In this document: one piece after another, positions 25,074 through 35,788 of the stretch | Layout of the letters: each line of letters opens with the position of its first letter | Position numbering within the stretch: the stretch's first letter is position 1 | NCBI GenBank assembly: GCA_965213675.1 | Contig: OZ243916.1 | Span: 3,552,001-3,616,000, forward strand | Length of the DNA: 64,000 nt | DNA from: an uncultured Candidatus Binatia bacterium | GTDB taxonomy: Bacteria > Desulfobacterota > Binatia > UBA9968 > JAJDTQ01 | Reading direction: 5' to 3' | Position numbers and translations under genes: made by a program | The notes under the pieces: model-generated | What the model was told of the DNA's origin: nothing | Database searches by the model: none | The model's input: only the letters and a program-made list of their open reading frames with translations

Positions 25074-26372
25074 ATGATCGAACGCTACACACGCCCCGAG
25101 ATGGCGCGGATCTGGTCCGAGGAGAACCGCTTCGCCAAGTGGCTGGAGGTGGAGGTGCTGGCCACCGAAGCGCTGGCCGAGTTGGACAAGGCGCCCCGTG
25201 ACGCGCCCGCGCGCATCCGGCGAAACGCGCGTTTCGATGTCGCGCGCATCCGCGAGATCGAACGCGAGGTGCACCACGAGCTCATCGCCTTCCTGCGTTG
25301 CCTCGCCGAGTCCATCGGCGACGACGCCCGTTTCGTGCACGTGGGCATGACCTCGTCCGACGTCATGGACACGGGGTTCTCGCTGCAGCTCAAGGACGCC
25401 AGCGCGCTCCTGCTGGAAGACGTGCGCACGTTCATGTCGGTGTTGCGGGACCAGGCGTACCGGTACAAGGACACGCCCATGATGGGGCGCACCCACGGCA
25501 TCCACGCCGAGCCCATCACCTTTGGCCTCAAGCTGGCCCTGTGGCACGAAGAGATGGGCCGCAATCTGGCGCGCCTGGAGAGCGCCGTGGCGGACGTGTG
25601 CTGCGGCATCGTATCCGGCGCGGTGGGCACCTATGCGCAGGTGCCCCCGGAGGTGGAAGCCTACGTGTGCAAGGCCGCGGGCCTCACGCCCGACCCGGCG
25701 TCGAACCAGATCATTCAGCGTGACCGCCACGCTTTCTTCTTCAGCGTCCTGGCCGTGCTGGCCAGCTCCATCGAGAAGTTCGCCGTGGAGGTTCGCCACC
25801 TCCAGCGCACCGAGGTGCTGGAAGCCGAGGAACCCTTCGCCGCGACCCAGATGGGTTCGTCCGCCATGCCGCACAAGCGCAACCCGATCCTCTCGGAGAA
25901 CGTCAGCGGTCTTGCCCGCCTGGTGCGGTCGTATTCCGTGTCGGCCCTGGAGAACGTCGCCCTGTGGCACGAACGCGACATCAGCCACTCGTCGGTGGAA
26001 CGGGTCATCGGTCCCGATGCCACCATCCTGGTGGACTTCATGCTGCACCGCTTCACCCGCGTCATCCGCGGTCTGTGCGTCTACCCCGAGAACATGGAGC
26101 GCAACCTCGCGCTGAGCGGCGGCGCGGTGTTCTCGCAAGGCGTGATGCTGCGCCTGGTGGAGAAGGGAATGGCGCGGGACGAGGCCTACAAGGTGGTCCA
26201 GCGGCACGGCCTCGTGGCGGCCAAGGAGGGCAAGGACCTCAAGCAGCAATTGCTGGAGGATGCCACGGTCACGGAGCACTTGAGCCTTGGCGAGATCGAC
26301 GAGGTCTGGCAGCTCAAGAACTGTTTCCGGCACGTGGACGCCATCTTTGAACGGGTATTCGGCGCGGCCTGA
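25074..26372 (+). CDS. purB: Adenylosuccinate lyase
   Basis: MIERY, GRTHGIHAEP, GSSAMPHKRNP, ERDISHSSVER. Confidence 0.96.
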   Translation: MIERYTRPEMARIWSEENRFAKWLEVEVLATEALAELDKAPRDAPARIRRNARFDVARIREIEREVHHELIAFLRCLAESIGDDARFVHVGMTSSDVMDTGFSLQLKDASALLLEDVRTFMSVLRDQAYRYKDTPMMGRTHGIHAEPITFGLKLALWHEEMGRNLARLESAVADVCCGIVSGAVGTYAQVPPEVEAYVCKAAGLTPDPASNQIIQRDRHAFFFSVLAVLASSIEKFAVEVRHLQRTEVLEAEEPFAATQMGSSAMPHKRNPILSENVSGLARLVRSYSVSALENVALWHERDISHSSVERVIGPDATILVDFMLHRFTRVIRGLCVYPENMERNLALSGGAVFSQGVMLRLVEKGMARDEAYKVVQRHGLVAAKEGKDLKQQLLEDATVTEHLSLGEIDEVWQLKNCFRHVDAIFERVFGAA

Positions 26373-26431
26373 AGGGCGGATTTACAGGACACTGGATTCA
26401 AACCGCGCCCGCAGGGCGCACGAGGAGAGCC

Positions 26432-27139
26432 ATGGAAAAGCGTGAGTTCATGTACGAAGGCAAGGCGAAGAAGCTCTATACCACCGACGATCCCGCCAGG
26501 ATGATCCAGTATTTCAAGGACGACGCCAGCGCCTTCAACAAGAAGAAACTGGGCAGCGTCACCTCCAAGGGAGTCGTCAACAACGCCATCTCCGAGGTGC
26601 TGTTCAAGCACCTGGAAGCCAACGGCGTGCCCACACACTTCCTCGATCGGCTCAACGACCGGGAGATGCTGGTGTGGAAGCTGGACATGCTCCCCATCGA
26701 GGTGATCATCCGGAACATCGTGGCCGGCAGCATGGCCAAGCGCCTGGGCCTGGAGGAGGGGCAGTCCCTGTCCACCACCATCCTGGAGTTTTGCTACAAG
26801 TGCGACGAGCTCGATGATCCGATCATCAACGATTACCACATCCTCGCGTTGGGCTACGCCACGGCGCAGGAGCTGGAGGAGATCAAGCGTCTGACCTTCC
26901 GCACCAACGAGTTGATGAAGGCGTTCTTCGACGAACGCGACCTGATCCTCGTGGACTTCAAGCTCGAGTTCGGCAAGCGCGACGGACAGATCGTCCTGGC
27001 CGACGAGATCTGCCCCGACACCTGCCGTTTCTGGCAGAAGGGCTCCCTGGAAAAGATGGACAAGGACCGCTTCCGCCGCGACCTGGGCGGCGTCGAGGAA
27101 GCCTACCAGGAAGTATGCCGCCGGGTCACCGGCGGGTAG
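26432..27139 (+). CDS. purC: SAICAR synthase
   Basis: YEGKAK, DFKLEFG, LADEICPDTCRFW, DKDRFR. Confidence 0.96.
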   Translation: MEKREFMYEGKAKKLYTTDDPARMIQYFKDDASAFNKKKLGSVTSKGVVNNAISEVLFKHLEANGVPTHFLDRLNDREMLVWKLDMLPIEVIIRNIVAGSMAKRLGLEEGQSLSTTILEFCYKCDELDDPIINDYHILALGYATAQELEEIKRLTFRTNELMKAFFDERDLILVDFKLEFGKRDGQIVLADEICPDTCRFWQKGSLEKMDKDRFRRDLGGVEEAYQEVCRRVTGG

Positions 27140-27162
27140 TCGGCGGTGCACCCCGCACACCG

Positions 27163-27213
27163 GTCATTCCCGTGCAAGTTCATCCTCGCCCCTGATCGGG
27201 GGCGGGAATCCAG
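27163..27213 (+). repeat. REP-like palindrome with internal insertion
   Basis: GTCATTCCCGTGC-AAGTTCATCCTCGCCCCTGATCGGGG-GCGGGAATCCAG. Confidence 0.7.
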
Positions 27214-27237
27214 GTCTTGTGGGACGCGGTTTTTACG

Positions 27238-27483
27238 ATGCTCGTCAAAGTCTTCGTAACCCTCAAGGAAGGCGTCCTCGATCCCCAGGGGAAGGCCGTG
27301 GAGAACTCCCTCCACAGCCTCGGGTTCGGCGCCGTCAGGGAAGTGCGCGTGGGCAAGTACCTGGAGCTGCGCCTGGATGTCGCCGAGGTCGAGGACGCCG
27401 AGCGGCAGGCGCGGCGCATGTGCGAGAAACTGCTCGCCAACCCGGTCATCGAGGACTACCGCTTCGAGGTCGCAGCGGTCTAG
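27238..27483 (+). CDS. purS: FGAM synthase subunit PurS
   Basis: VLDPQGKAV, VRVGK, LLANPVIEDY. Confidence 0.95.
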   Translation: MLVKVFVTLKEGVLDPQGKAVENSLHSLGFGAVREVRVGKYLELRLDVAEVEDAERQARRMCEKLLANPVIEDYRFEVAAV

Positions 27484-27501
27484 CGGCGGGACGCCAGGAT
27501 C

Positions 27502-28206
27502 ATGCGTTGGGGGGTGGCGGTCTTTCCTGGTTCCTGCGACGACGACGATGTCGTCCATTGTCTGCGCCACGTGCTCGGCCATGACGTGCGTACCCTGTGG
27601 CACAACGACCCATTCGACGGCCAGTGTGACGGCGTGGTCCTGCCGGGCGGTTTTTCCTACGGCGACTACCTGCGCGCCGGCGCCATGGCACGGTTCGCGC
27701 CGGTGATGCGGGGCATCGTCGACTTCGCCGCGGCCGGCGGCCTTGTGCTCGGCATCTGCAACGGTTTCCAGATCCTGTGCGAGGCCGGACTGCTCCCCGG
27801 CGCCCTCACGCGCAACGAGTCCCTGCGCTTCGTGTGCCGGCGCGTGACCCTGCGCGTGGAACACGCCCAGGCGCCCTTTACCTGCACGGCCGAAGCCGGC
27901 ACTCTGCTGGAGATGCCGGTCAAGCACGGTGAAGGCCGCTATTACGCGGACGCCCCCACCCTCAAGGAATTGCGCGCTCACGGACAAGTGCTGCTGCGTT
28001 ACGTGGACGCGGCCGGGCGGCCCTCCGGCGCGGCCAATCCCAACGGCTCGGCGGAGAACATCGCTGGCGTGTGCAACCGGGGGCGCAATGTCTTCGGCCT
28101 GATGCCGCATCCCGAGGATGCCGCGGAGAAATTGCTCGGAGGCGCCGGCGGCCTGACCATCTTCTCCTCCATGGCCGCCGATGTCCGGCGGCGGAACGGC
28201 GCGTGA
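27502..28206 (+). CDS. purQ: FGAM synthase glutaminase subunit PurQ
   Basis: [35 protein letters not shown]. Confidence 0.96.
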   Translation: MRWGVAVFPGSCDDDDVVHCLRHVLGHDVRTLWHNDPFDGQCDGVVLPGGFSYGDYLRAGAMARFAPVMRGIVDFAAAGGLVLGICNGFQILCEAGLLPGALTRNESLRFVCRRVTLRVEHAQAPFTCTAEAGTLLEMPVKHGEGRYYADAPTLKELRAHGQVLLRYVDAAGRPSGAANPNGSAENIAGVCNRGRNVFGLMPHPEDAAEKLLGGAGGLTIFSSMAADVRRRNGA

Positions 28207-28281
28207 GGCTGCCACTGCCGGCCTGGGACGCCTCAAGGCCGCATTCGTGACCCACCCCGCCAGGAGCCTGCGCCGCAGGCT

Positions 28282-28461
28282 CCTGGGAGTCTGTCGGGCT
28301 TGTCGAATCGGAGCGCGAGGCAGAGGATGGTTTCGGGCGGGTTCGAGGAGAACATGGGTACAATTGGACGAAACTCCAACCGCAAGCCCTTTCGGAGGCC
28401 CATTCACAAGTCCATTTCCCCGCCCGCATCGGATTCCTGATGGATCCGGCAGACTCCCGGG
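28282..28461. mobile_element. Degenerate MITE-like element (second family) between purQ and purL
   Basis: Terminal IRs CCTGGGAGTCTGTCGG (28282-28297) and CCGGCAGACTCCCGGG (28446-28461), 14/16 complementary; abuts hairpin CCAGGAGCCTGCG-C-CGCAGGCTCCTGG. Confidence 0.55.
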
Positions 28462-28468
28462 TAGACCC

Positions 28469-30700
28469 ATGAGCGACGCAACGAATCCTGAGACCGCGCC
28501 CGTCACCGCCGAGGTGGTGCGCGCCCACGGCCTGACCGACCCGGAGTACGCGGAGATTCTGCGGCTTCTGGGACGTGCGCCGAACCTGACCGAGCTGGGC
28601 GTCTTCTCGGTGATGTGGTCGGAGCACTGCAGCTACAAGAGTTCGCGCACGCACCTGAAGCAGCTTCCCACCGAAGGCCCCCGAGTCATCCACGGTCCCG
28701 GCGAGAACGCCGGCGTCATGGACATCGGCGATGGCCTGGCCGTCGTGTTCAAGATGGAAAGCCACAACCACCCGTCCTTCATCGAGCCCTTCCAGGGCGC
28801 GGCCACCGGCGTGGGCGGCATTCTGCGCGATGTCTTCACCATGGGAGCGCGCCCCATCGCCAGCCTCAACTCACTGCGCTTCGGCAGCGCGCGCCATTCC
28901 AGGACCCCTTATCTGGTGAACGGCGTGGTGGGCGGCATCGGCGGCTACGGCAATTGCGTCGGCGTGCCCACCGTGGGCGGCGAAGTCTATTTCGACGAGT
29001 GCTACGACGCCAACATCCTGGTGAATGCGTTCACGCTGGGCCTGGCGGAGCGGGACCGTCTGTTCACCGGCAAGGCTCGGGGCGCCGGCAACCCGGTGGT
29101 GTACGTGGGTTCCAAGACCGGGCGGGACGGCGTTCACGGCGCCACCATGGCGTCGGAGTCCTTTTCCGACGAAACCGAGCAGCGCCGCCCCACGGTTCAG
29201 GTCGGTGATCCCTTCACCGAGAAACTCCTCATCGAGGCTTGCCTGGAACTGATGCGGACCGACGCCATCGTGGGCATCCAGGACATGGGCGCCGCGGGCC
29301 TTACTAGCTCCGCGGTGGAGATGGCCGGGCGGGCCGGCTCCGGCGTCGAGTTGGAGCTGTCCCGCGTGCCGCTGCGAGAACCGGGCATGACCCCCTACGA
29401 GATCCTGCTGTCCGAGTCCCAGGAGCGCATGCTGTTGGTGGCGCACCCGGAGTCGGTGCCGGAGGTGCTGGCGGTCTTCCGGCGCTGGGACCTCGACGCC
29501 GTGGTGTTGGGCCGGGTCATCGACGAGCCCGTGTTCCGGGTGCTGTCGGCGGGCCGTCCAGTGGCCGACATCCCGGTGGCCGCCCTCACGGACGCCGCGC
29601 CGGCGTACGACCGGCCGGCCAAACGTCCTCCGCGCCAGGATGAGATACAACGTCTCAACGTGGACGCGTTGCCGCGGCCCGAGAGCATGACGCGCGTCCT
29701 GGAGCAACTGCTGGATTCGCCGAACCTGGCTTCCCGGGAGTGGGTCTACCGCCAGTACGACCACTACGTGCGCGGCAACACGGTGCTGGCGCCAGGCGCC
29801 GACGCCGCGGTGATCCGCGTCAAGGGCACCGCCAAGGGACTGGCCCTCACCGTGGACTGCAACGCCCGCTACTGCTACCTCGACCCCCGCGTGGGCGGCA
29901 TGACCGCGGTGGCGGAGGCGGCGCGGAACCTGTCGTGCGTGGGGGCGACGCCGCTGGGGCTCACGGACTGCCTCAACTTCGGCAATCCCGAGCGGGAGGA
30001 CGTCATGTGGCAGTTCTCCCAGGCCATCCAGGGCATGCGCGAGGCGTGCCTGGCGCTGGAAGTCCCGGTGGTGAGCGGCAACGTGAGCTTCTATAACGAG
30101 ACCGACGGGGTCTCCATCCACCCCACGCCCACGGTGGCCATGGTGGGCCTGCTGGAGGACGTGACCCGCACCGCCACCCCGTGGTTCAAGGACGAAGGTG
30201 ATCTGGTGGCGCTGTTGGGCGTCAACCGCGACGAGCTGGGCGGCAGCGAGTACCTCAAGGTCGTGCACGGGCAGGTGGCGGGCAAACCCCCGGCTGTGGA
30301 TCTGGCCCTGGAGCGCGGCGTCCAGCGGACCTGCCGGGTGGCGGTGGAACGGGGGCTGCTCGCGTCGGCCCACGACGTTTCCGAGGGTGGGCTTGCCGTG
30401 GCCCTGGCGGACTGCTGCATCTCACATCCGGACCCGCCCGGCATCGGAGCGGTCATCGAGACGGAACAACGCGGACGCGCGGACACGCTGTTGTTCGGCG
30501 AATCGCATTCGCGCATCGTCGTATCCCTGAAGGAGAAGGACTACGGCGGGTTGCGGGACATCGCGGCGCGGGAGAAGGCGGCCATCGCGGTCATCGGCCA
30601 GGTGGGCGGGGAATTCTTGTCCATCAACGATCAAGTGCGCGCGCCGGTGCAACGGTTGCGCCGCATCTGGTCGACGGCCCTGGAACGGTGTGTTAAGTGA
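28469..30700 (+). CDS. purL: FGAM synthase subunit PurL
   Basis: [42 protein letters not shown]; start ATG 28469. Confidence 0.96.
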   Translation: MSDATNPETAPVTAEVVRAHGLTDPEYAEILRLLGRAPNLTELGVFSVMWSEHCSYKSSRTHLKQLPTEGPRVIHGPGENAGVMDIGDGLAVVFKMESHNHPSFIEPFQGAATGVGGILRDVFTMGARPIASLNSLRFGSARHSRTPYLVNGVVGGIGGYGNCVGVPTVGGEVYFDECYDANILVNAFTLGLAERDRLFTGKARGAGNPVVYVGSKTGRDGVHGATMASESFSDETEQRRPTVQVGDPFTEKLLIEACLELMRTDAIVGIQDMGAAGLTSSAVEMAGRAGSGVELELSRVPLREPGMTPYEILLSESQERMLLVAHPESVPEVLAVFRRWDLDAVVLGRVIDEPVFRVLSAGRPVADIPVAALTDAAPAYDRPAKRPPRQDEIQRLNVDALPRPESMTRVLEQLLDSPNLASREWVYRQYDHYVRGNTVLAPGADAAVIRVKGTAKGLALTVDCNARYCYLDPRVGGMTAVAEAARNLSCVGATPLGLTDCLNFGNPEREDVMWQFSQAIQGMREACLALEVPVVSGNVSFYNETDGVSIHPTPTVAMVGLLEDVTRTATPWFKDEGDLVALLGVNRDELGGSEYLKVVHGQVAGKPPAVDLALERGVQRTCRVAVERGLLASAHDVSEGGLAVALADCCISHPDPPGIGAVIETEQRGRADTLLFGESHSRIVVSLKEKDYGGLRDIAAREKAAIAVIGQVGGEFLSINDQVRAPVQRLRRIWSTALERCVK

Positions 30701-30757
30701 CCCGCAGGCTCGGGAACGGAAAGCGAGTGCCCCGCATGGCGCTTTCCCAGGCAGGAT

Positions 30758-32188
30758 ATGATGTTCGACAAATTCCATGAAGAGTGCGCCGTGGTGGGCG
30801 TCTACGGCCACCCCGAAGCCGCCAACATGGCGTACCTGGGGCTCTACGCCCTGCAGCACCGGGGCCAGGAATCCACCGGCATCGTGTCCTCCAACGGCGA
30901 TGTCCTCATCTCCCACCGCCAGATGGGTCTGGTGGCGGACGTCTTCAAGGAGGACATCATCAAGAACCTCCACGGCGCCTCGGCCATCGGGCACAACCGC
31001 TATTCCACCAGCGGCGACACCGACATCAAGAACGCCCAGCCGTTCGTGGTGGAATATGCCGACGGTCCCATCGCCGTGTCCCACAACGGCAATCTGATCA
31101 ACGCCAACGAGCTCCGGCAGCGGCTTGAGGAGTCCGGCTCCATCTTCCAGTCCACCTCCGACACCGAGGTGATCGTCCACCTGATCGCCACCTCCAGGGA
31201 GAAGACCCTGACGGACCGCATCATCGACGCGCTCCACCGGGTCAAGGGTTCCTACTCCCTCGTGTTCCTTACCAACCATCTCATGATCGCCGCCCGCGAC
31301 CCCGTAGGGTTCCGGCCGCTCATCGTGGGCCGGTTCCGAGGGTCCGGGAATCCGGCCGCCTGGGTGGTGGCGTCGGAGACCTGTGTGCTGGATCTGATCG
31401 AGGCCGAGTACGTACGCGAGGTGGAGCCGGGCGAAGTGCTGGTCTTCAGCGGTGGCGGCATGGAGTCCCTCAAGCCCTTCCCGGTGAGCGCTCCGGCCCG
31501 TTGCATCTTCGAGTCCATCTACTTCGCCCGGCCCGACAGCAACGTCTTCGGCCACAGCGTCTACCAGTACCGCAAGGAACTGGGCCGCCAGCTCGCACGC
31601 GAGAGTCACATCGACGCCGACATCGTGACGCCGGTGCCCGACTCGGGAGTGCCCGCGGCCATCGGCTACGCCGAACAGTCCGGCATTCCGCTGGATCTCG
31701 CCCTGATCCGCAATCACTACGTCGGCCGCACCTTCATCGAGCCGCAGCAACACATCCGGAACTTCGGCGTCAAGATCAAGCTCAACGCCATGCGCGAGGT
31801 GCTTCAGGGAAAGCGCGTGGTGGTGGTGGACGACTCCATCGTCCGCGGCACCACCAGCCAGAAGATCATCCGCATGCTGCGCGAGGCGGGAGCCACCGAG
31901 GTCCACGTCCGCATCAGCTCCCCCCCCACCGTCAGCCCCTGCTACTACGGCATCGACACCCCCACCCACAAGGAACTCATCGCCTCCCTCCACACCGTCG
32001 ACGGCATTCGCGACTTCATCGGCGCCGATACCCTTGCCTACCTGAGCCGCGAAGGTCTCTACGCCTTCTTCAAGGGCAGCGACGCAGGCTACTGCGACGC
32101 CTGCTTCACCGCCAACTACCCCGTGCTGGCGGACGACAACGGCAAGACACCGCAGTTGCATCTGTTCGAGGCGGTTAGCCGCCGGTAA
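30758..32188 (+). CDS. purF: Amidophosphoribosyltransferase
   Basis: Propeptide-EC, QHRGQE, HNRYST, PVPDSG, VVVDDSIVRGTT, Fe-S cysteines. Confidence 0.96.
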   Translation: MMFDKFHEECAVVGVYGHPEAANMAYLGLYALQHRGQESTGIVSSNGDVLISHRQMGLVADVFKEDIIKNLHGASAIGHNRYSTSGDTDIKNAQPFVVEYADGPIAVSHNGNLINANELRQRLEESGSIFQSTSDTEVIVHLIATSREKTLTDRIIDALHRVKGSYSLVFLTNHLMIAARDPVGFRPLIVGRFRGSGNPAAWVVASETCVLDLIEAEYVREVEPGEVLVFSGGGMESLKPFPVSAPARCIFESIYFARPDSNVFGHSVYQYRKELGRQLARESHIDADIVTPVPDSGVPAAIGYAEQSGIPLDLALIRNHYVGRTFIEPQQHIRNFGVKIKLNAMREVLQGKRVVVVDDSIVRGTTSQKIIRMLREAGATEVHVRISSPPTVSPCYYGIDTPTHKELIASLHTVDGIRDFIGADTLAYLSREGLYAFFKGSDAGYCDACFTANYPVLADDNGKTPQLHLFEAVSRR

Positions 32189-32215
32189 GACGATCTACCA
32201 AGACTGCCGTCATGG

Positions 32216-33982
32216 CTAACCCGCACCGGGGTTCCGTTTGCCGCGCAGCTCTCCGGTCGCGTCTGGATCCAGCATGATCTCGCTTCTGTGAGGACGCACC
32301 ACGACCCGGTAGTCACTCCGTGCCCTCTCCACCGACACGTACCTCTGCCGCACATCTTCCAGCACCGCCTCCGGACTGCGTTCGAAGGCTTCACCCACGC
32401 CGCCGCCGCCCGGCCGCTCCACCCGCAGCACGTCGCCGCTCTTGAGTCGCTGGTCGCCGAAGCGCGACGGCATGCGGCGCTCGTCGGCACCGGGGTTGAT
32501 GATGCAGGCGCCGGTGCCGCCGGGGTGGCCGCCGGCGATGCCCTGGGGGGCGAGGGCGTGCTTGTCGGTGCGCATGGAGAAGCGGACTTCGTCCTGGAGG
32601 ATGCGGTACTCGCGGACGAAGCCGAGGCCGCCGCGGTGTCGGCCGGGGCCGCCGGAATCGGGCAGGAGCTCGAACCGCTCCACGCGGGTGGGAAACTCGG
32701 ACTCGATGATCTCCACGGGGGCGATCTTGCCGTTGCTCAGGTGGAAGGAGGTGGCGGAGGCGCCGTCCTTGCCGTTTCTCCCACCGACGCCGCCGGCGAA
32801 GATTTCGTACTGGACGTAGCTGCGCTTGCCGTCACGGGCGCGGCCGCCCAGGGCGATGGCGCCGCTGCCGGAGCCCTCGGCGATGGTCTTGTGGGGGACC
32901 AGGGCGCCCATGGCCTGGAGCACGGCCTCGGCCACCACCAGCGCGGTGGGCATGTAGGCGTTCACCGCGGCGGGGAAGTCGGGGCACACCACGGTGCCTT
33001 GCCGGAAGCGCGTTTCCACCACCCGCGCCAAGCCTTGGTTGATGGGCAGGAAGGGATCGATGAGGGCGATGAGGCAGTAGTAGCAGCACGCCCGCACCAG
33101 CGGCGGCCGAATGTTGGCCGGGCCGGTGGTCTGGGGGCTGCATTCCGAGAAGTCGAACAGGATGCGGTCGCCGGACTTCTCCACGGTGACGCGGATGCGC
33201 ACGGGCCTGTCAAGGTCGATGCCGTCGTTGTCGACGCACGCCTCGCCGTGGTAGCGGCCGTTGGGCCAGGAGGCGATGACCTGCCGCAGCCGCAGCTCGG
33301 CGTGGCCCGCCAGCTCCTCGGTGGCGGCCGTGACCGTGGTCTTGCCGTACTTTTCCAGCAACTCGGCCATGCGCCGTTCGCCGAGCCGGTTGGCGCCCAC
33401 TTGGCCGCGGATGTCGCCCACCACCACTTCCGGCGTGCGGCTGTTGGCGTGGATGAACCATTCCAGCTCGGGCACCGGCCGGCCTGCGTCCATGAACTTC
33501 ACCGCCGGCAGATGCAGGCCTTCCTGGAAGATCTCCCGCGCCGTACCCGACCCGCTGCCGGGCACGGTGCCGCCGATATCGCTCTTGTGGGCCATGCTGG
33601 CGCAGAAGCCGACCCACTCACCCTGGTAGAAGACCGGTGTCAGCACACCCATGTCTGGCGCATGAGGGCTGCCGCCGCGGTAGGGGTGGTTGACGATGTA
33701 GGCGTCGCCCTCCCGCAACTCGTCCGGTGGAAACCGTTCGAGGAGTCCTTCCGCACAGGCTGGGAAGGCCCCCATGTGCAGCGGCAACACCACGTGTTGC
33801 GCGATGACCTCGGCCCGGGAGTTCAGAATGGCGCAACTGGCGTCATGGGATTCGCGGATGATGGTGGAGAAGCCCGTGCGGAACAGCGATGTCTGCATCT
33901 CCTGGACGATGCCGTCCATGGCCGCGCGGATGACCTGCACGGTGATGGGGTCGGGCGCCACGAGTTCGAGGGGCGGTGCCAT
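32216..33982 (-). CDS. Hydantoinase B / oxoprolinase family subunit (paralog 2)
   Basis: FSTIIRESHDASCA, HPYRGGSPHAPD, HKSDIGGTVPGS, PVEIIE, DSGGPGRHRGG. Confidence 0.9.
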   Translation of the reverse strand: MAPPLELVAPDPITVQVIRAAMDGIVQEMQTSLFRTGFSTIIRESHDASCAILNSRAEVIAQHVVLPLHMGAFPACAEGLLERFPPDELREGDAYIVNHPYRGGSPHAPDMGVLTPVFYQGEWVGFCASMAHKSDIGGTVPGSGSGTAREIFQEGLHLPAVKFMDAGRPVPELEWFIHANSRTPEVVVGDIRGQVGANRLGERRMAELLEKYGKTTVTAATEELAGHAELRLRQVIASWPNGRYHGEACVDNDGIDLDRPVRIRVTVEKSGDRILFDFSECSPQTTGPANIRPPLVRACCYYCLIALIDPFLPINQGLARVVETRFRQGTVVCPDFPAAVNAYMPTALVVAEAVLQAMGALVPHKTIAEGSGSGAIALGGRARDGKRSYVQYEIFAGGVGGRNGKDGASATSFHLSNGKIAPVEIIESEFPTRVERFELLPDSGGPGRHRGGLGFVREYRILQDEVRFSMRTDKHALAPQGIAGGHPGGTGACIINPGADERRMPSRFGDQRLKSGDVLRVERPGGGGVGEAFERSPEAVLEDVRQRYVSVERARSDYRVVVRPHRSEIMLDPDATGELRGKRNPGAG

Positions 33983-33989
33983 GTCCCCG

Positions 33990-35777
33990 TCAGTGATTTC
34001 CACCAACCCGCGCCCGTTCCCGCCGCACGGTCGCCGTCCGCGCTTTGTCCAGCACGAAACCACCGTCCGCGTCCTCCACCGCCACGCCGTACACGTCCAG
34101 CGCTTTCTCCGCCGACACGTAGCCGTTCTTCACGTCCCGCATCACGGCTTCGGCATCCCGTTCCAGCGGCTCCCCGAGGCCGCCGCCTCCGGGGGTCTCC
34201 AGACGGAAGACGTCGGCCTGGCGCACGGCGACATCCGAGCACCGGGAGGGGATTTCCCGTTCTTCCCGCGAGCCGGGGTTGAGGATGCCCTTGCCGGTGC
34301 GGCCGTTGCCGCCGCCTTCGACGCCCTTGGGCGCCACTACGTGCTTGGTGGAGCGGAGCGAGAACCGGCCCTCGGGGTTCAGGAACTCGTACTCCCGGAC
34401 GAAGCCCAGGCCGCCGCGGAACCGGCCGGCGCCGCCGGAGTCGCGCACCAGCTCGAAGCGCCGCAGCCGGGTGGAGAATTCGGACTCGATGATCTCGATG
34501 GGGGCGATGCGGGCGTTGGACTGGTTGACGTTGGTGCCGGACACGCCGTCCTTGCCGGTGCGGGCGCCGGAACCGCCGCCGAAGATCTCGTACTGGACGT
34601 AGCTGCGGCCGGTCTTCTCGTTCCTGCCGCCGATGATGATGGAGCGGCTGGCGCAGCCGTCGGCGATCTTCTTGACCGGGGTGAGCCGGCTCAGGGCCTC
34701 GAACAGGGCCTCCACCAGGGCGTGGACCGTGGGGTTGTAGGTGTTCACCGGCGCCGGGAAGCGGGGGTTGAGCACGCTCCCCTCGGGGCAGTTGACCTCC
34801 ACAACCCGGGCCAAGCCCTGATTGGTGGGAAGCGCCGGGTCGGTGAGGGCCGTGAGGCAGTAGGAGCACGCCGCCCGCACCACCGACGGCCGGATGTTGG
34901 CCGGGCCGCGGGTCTGGTCGGCGCTGCCGGTGAAGTCGAACAAGAGCCCGTCGCCCTTCTTGTCGATGCGCACCCGGATGCGCACTGGCTTGTCCAGGTC
35001 GATGCCGTCGCTGTCCAGGAAGCGCTCGCCCTCGGCGTTGCTGTCCGGCCAGGTCGAGATCTCCTTGCGCACCCGCTCCTCGGTGAGTTGGAACAGGCGG
35101 TCGTAGCAGGCCAGTACGGTCTCCCGGCCGTACTTGGCCATCATCTCGCCGAAACGCCGCTCGCCCAGGCGCGCCGCCCCCACCTGCCCGCGGATGTCGC
35201 CCACCACCAGCTCCGGGGTGCGGCTGTTGCAGCCGATGATCTCCTCGATGTCCTTGCTGGTCCGGAATCGGTCGATGTACTTCACCGGCGGCACCTGGAG
35301 CCCCTCCTGGTACACCTCCCGGGCCTGGCTCCAGCAGCTCCCCGGCACCGGCCCGCCGATGTCGCTCTTGTGGGCCATGGTGGCGGAGAAACCCACCCAT
35401 TCGCCGTCGAAGAAGATCGGCGTCATCACGCACATGTCCGGGGCGTGGGGGCTGCCGCCAAGGTAGGGGTGGTTGGTGATGTAGGCGTCGCCCTCGTGGA
35501 TGTCCTCCGGCGGATAATTGCGCAGCACCCCCTGGGCGCAGGCCGGGAACGCTCCCATGTGCAGCGGCAGCACCACGTGCTGGGCCGCCACCTCGCCGTC
35601 GCAGGTGAGAAGCGCGCAACTCGCATCCTGGGACTCGCGGATAATGGTGGAGAACCCGGTGCGGAAGAGCGAGTTCTGCATCTCCTGCACGATGCCCGCC
35701 AGCCGCGCCTGGATTACCTGGAGGGTGATGGGGTCCGCGGAGGCCGGGTTTGCCGCGCTGGATTCCGGATGTGTCAT
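33990..35777 (-). CDS. Hydantoinase B / oxoprolinase family subunit (paralog 1)
   Basis: FSTIIRESQDASCA, HPYLGGSPHAPD, HKSDIGGPVPGS, DSGGAGRFRGG. Confidence 0.9.
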   Translation of the reverse strand: MTHPESSAANPASADPITLQVIQARLAGIVQEMQNSLFRTGFSTIIRESQDASCALLTCDGEVAAQHVVLPLHMGAFPACAQGVLRNYPPEDIHEGDAYITNHPYLGGSPHAPDMCVMTPIFFDGEWVGFSATMAHKSDIGGPVPGSCWSQAREVYQEGLQVPPVKYIDRFRTSKDIEEIIGCNSRTPELVVGDIRGQVGAARLGERRFGEMMAKYGRETVLACYDRLFQLTEERVRKEISTWPDSNAEGERFLDSDGIDLDKPVRIRVRIDKKGDGLLFDFTGSADQTRGPANIRPSVVRAACSYCLTALTDPALPTNQGLARVVEVNCPEGSVLNPRFPAPVNTYNPTVHALVEALFEALSRLTPVKKIADGCASRSIIIGGRNEKTGRSYVQYEIFGGGSGARTGKDGVSGTNVNQSNARIAPIEIIESEFSTRLRRFELVRDSGGAGRFRGGLGFVREYEFLNPEGRFSLRSTKHVVAPKGVEGGGNGRTGKGILNPGSREEREIPSRCSDVAVRQADVFRLETPGGGGLGEPLERDAEAVMRDVKNGYVSAEKALDVYGVAVEDADGGFVLDKARTATVRRERARVGGNH

Positions 35778-35788
35778 GGTCTGCTCCG

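Noticed and set aside
28181-28468. N-terminal extension of PurL (similar extensions on purB, dut, thiE, murF)
   Set aside because: Low-complexity Arg/Pro/Gly translation of intergenic repeats or overlapping genes; conserved starts lie downstream.
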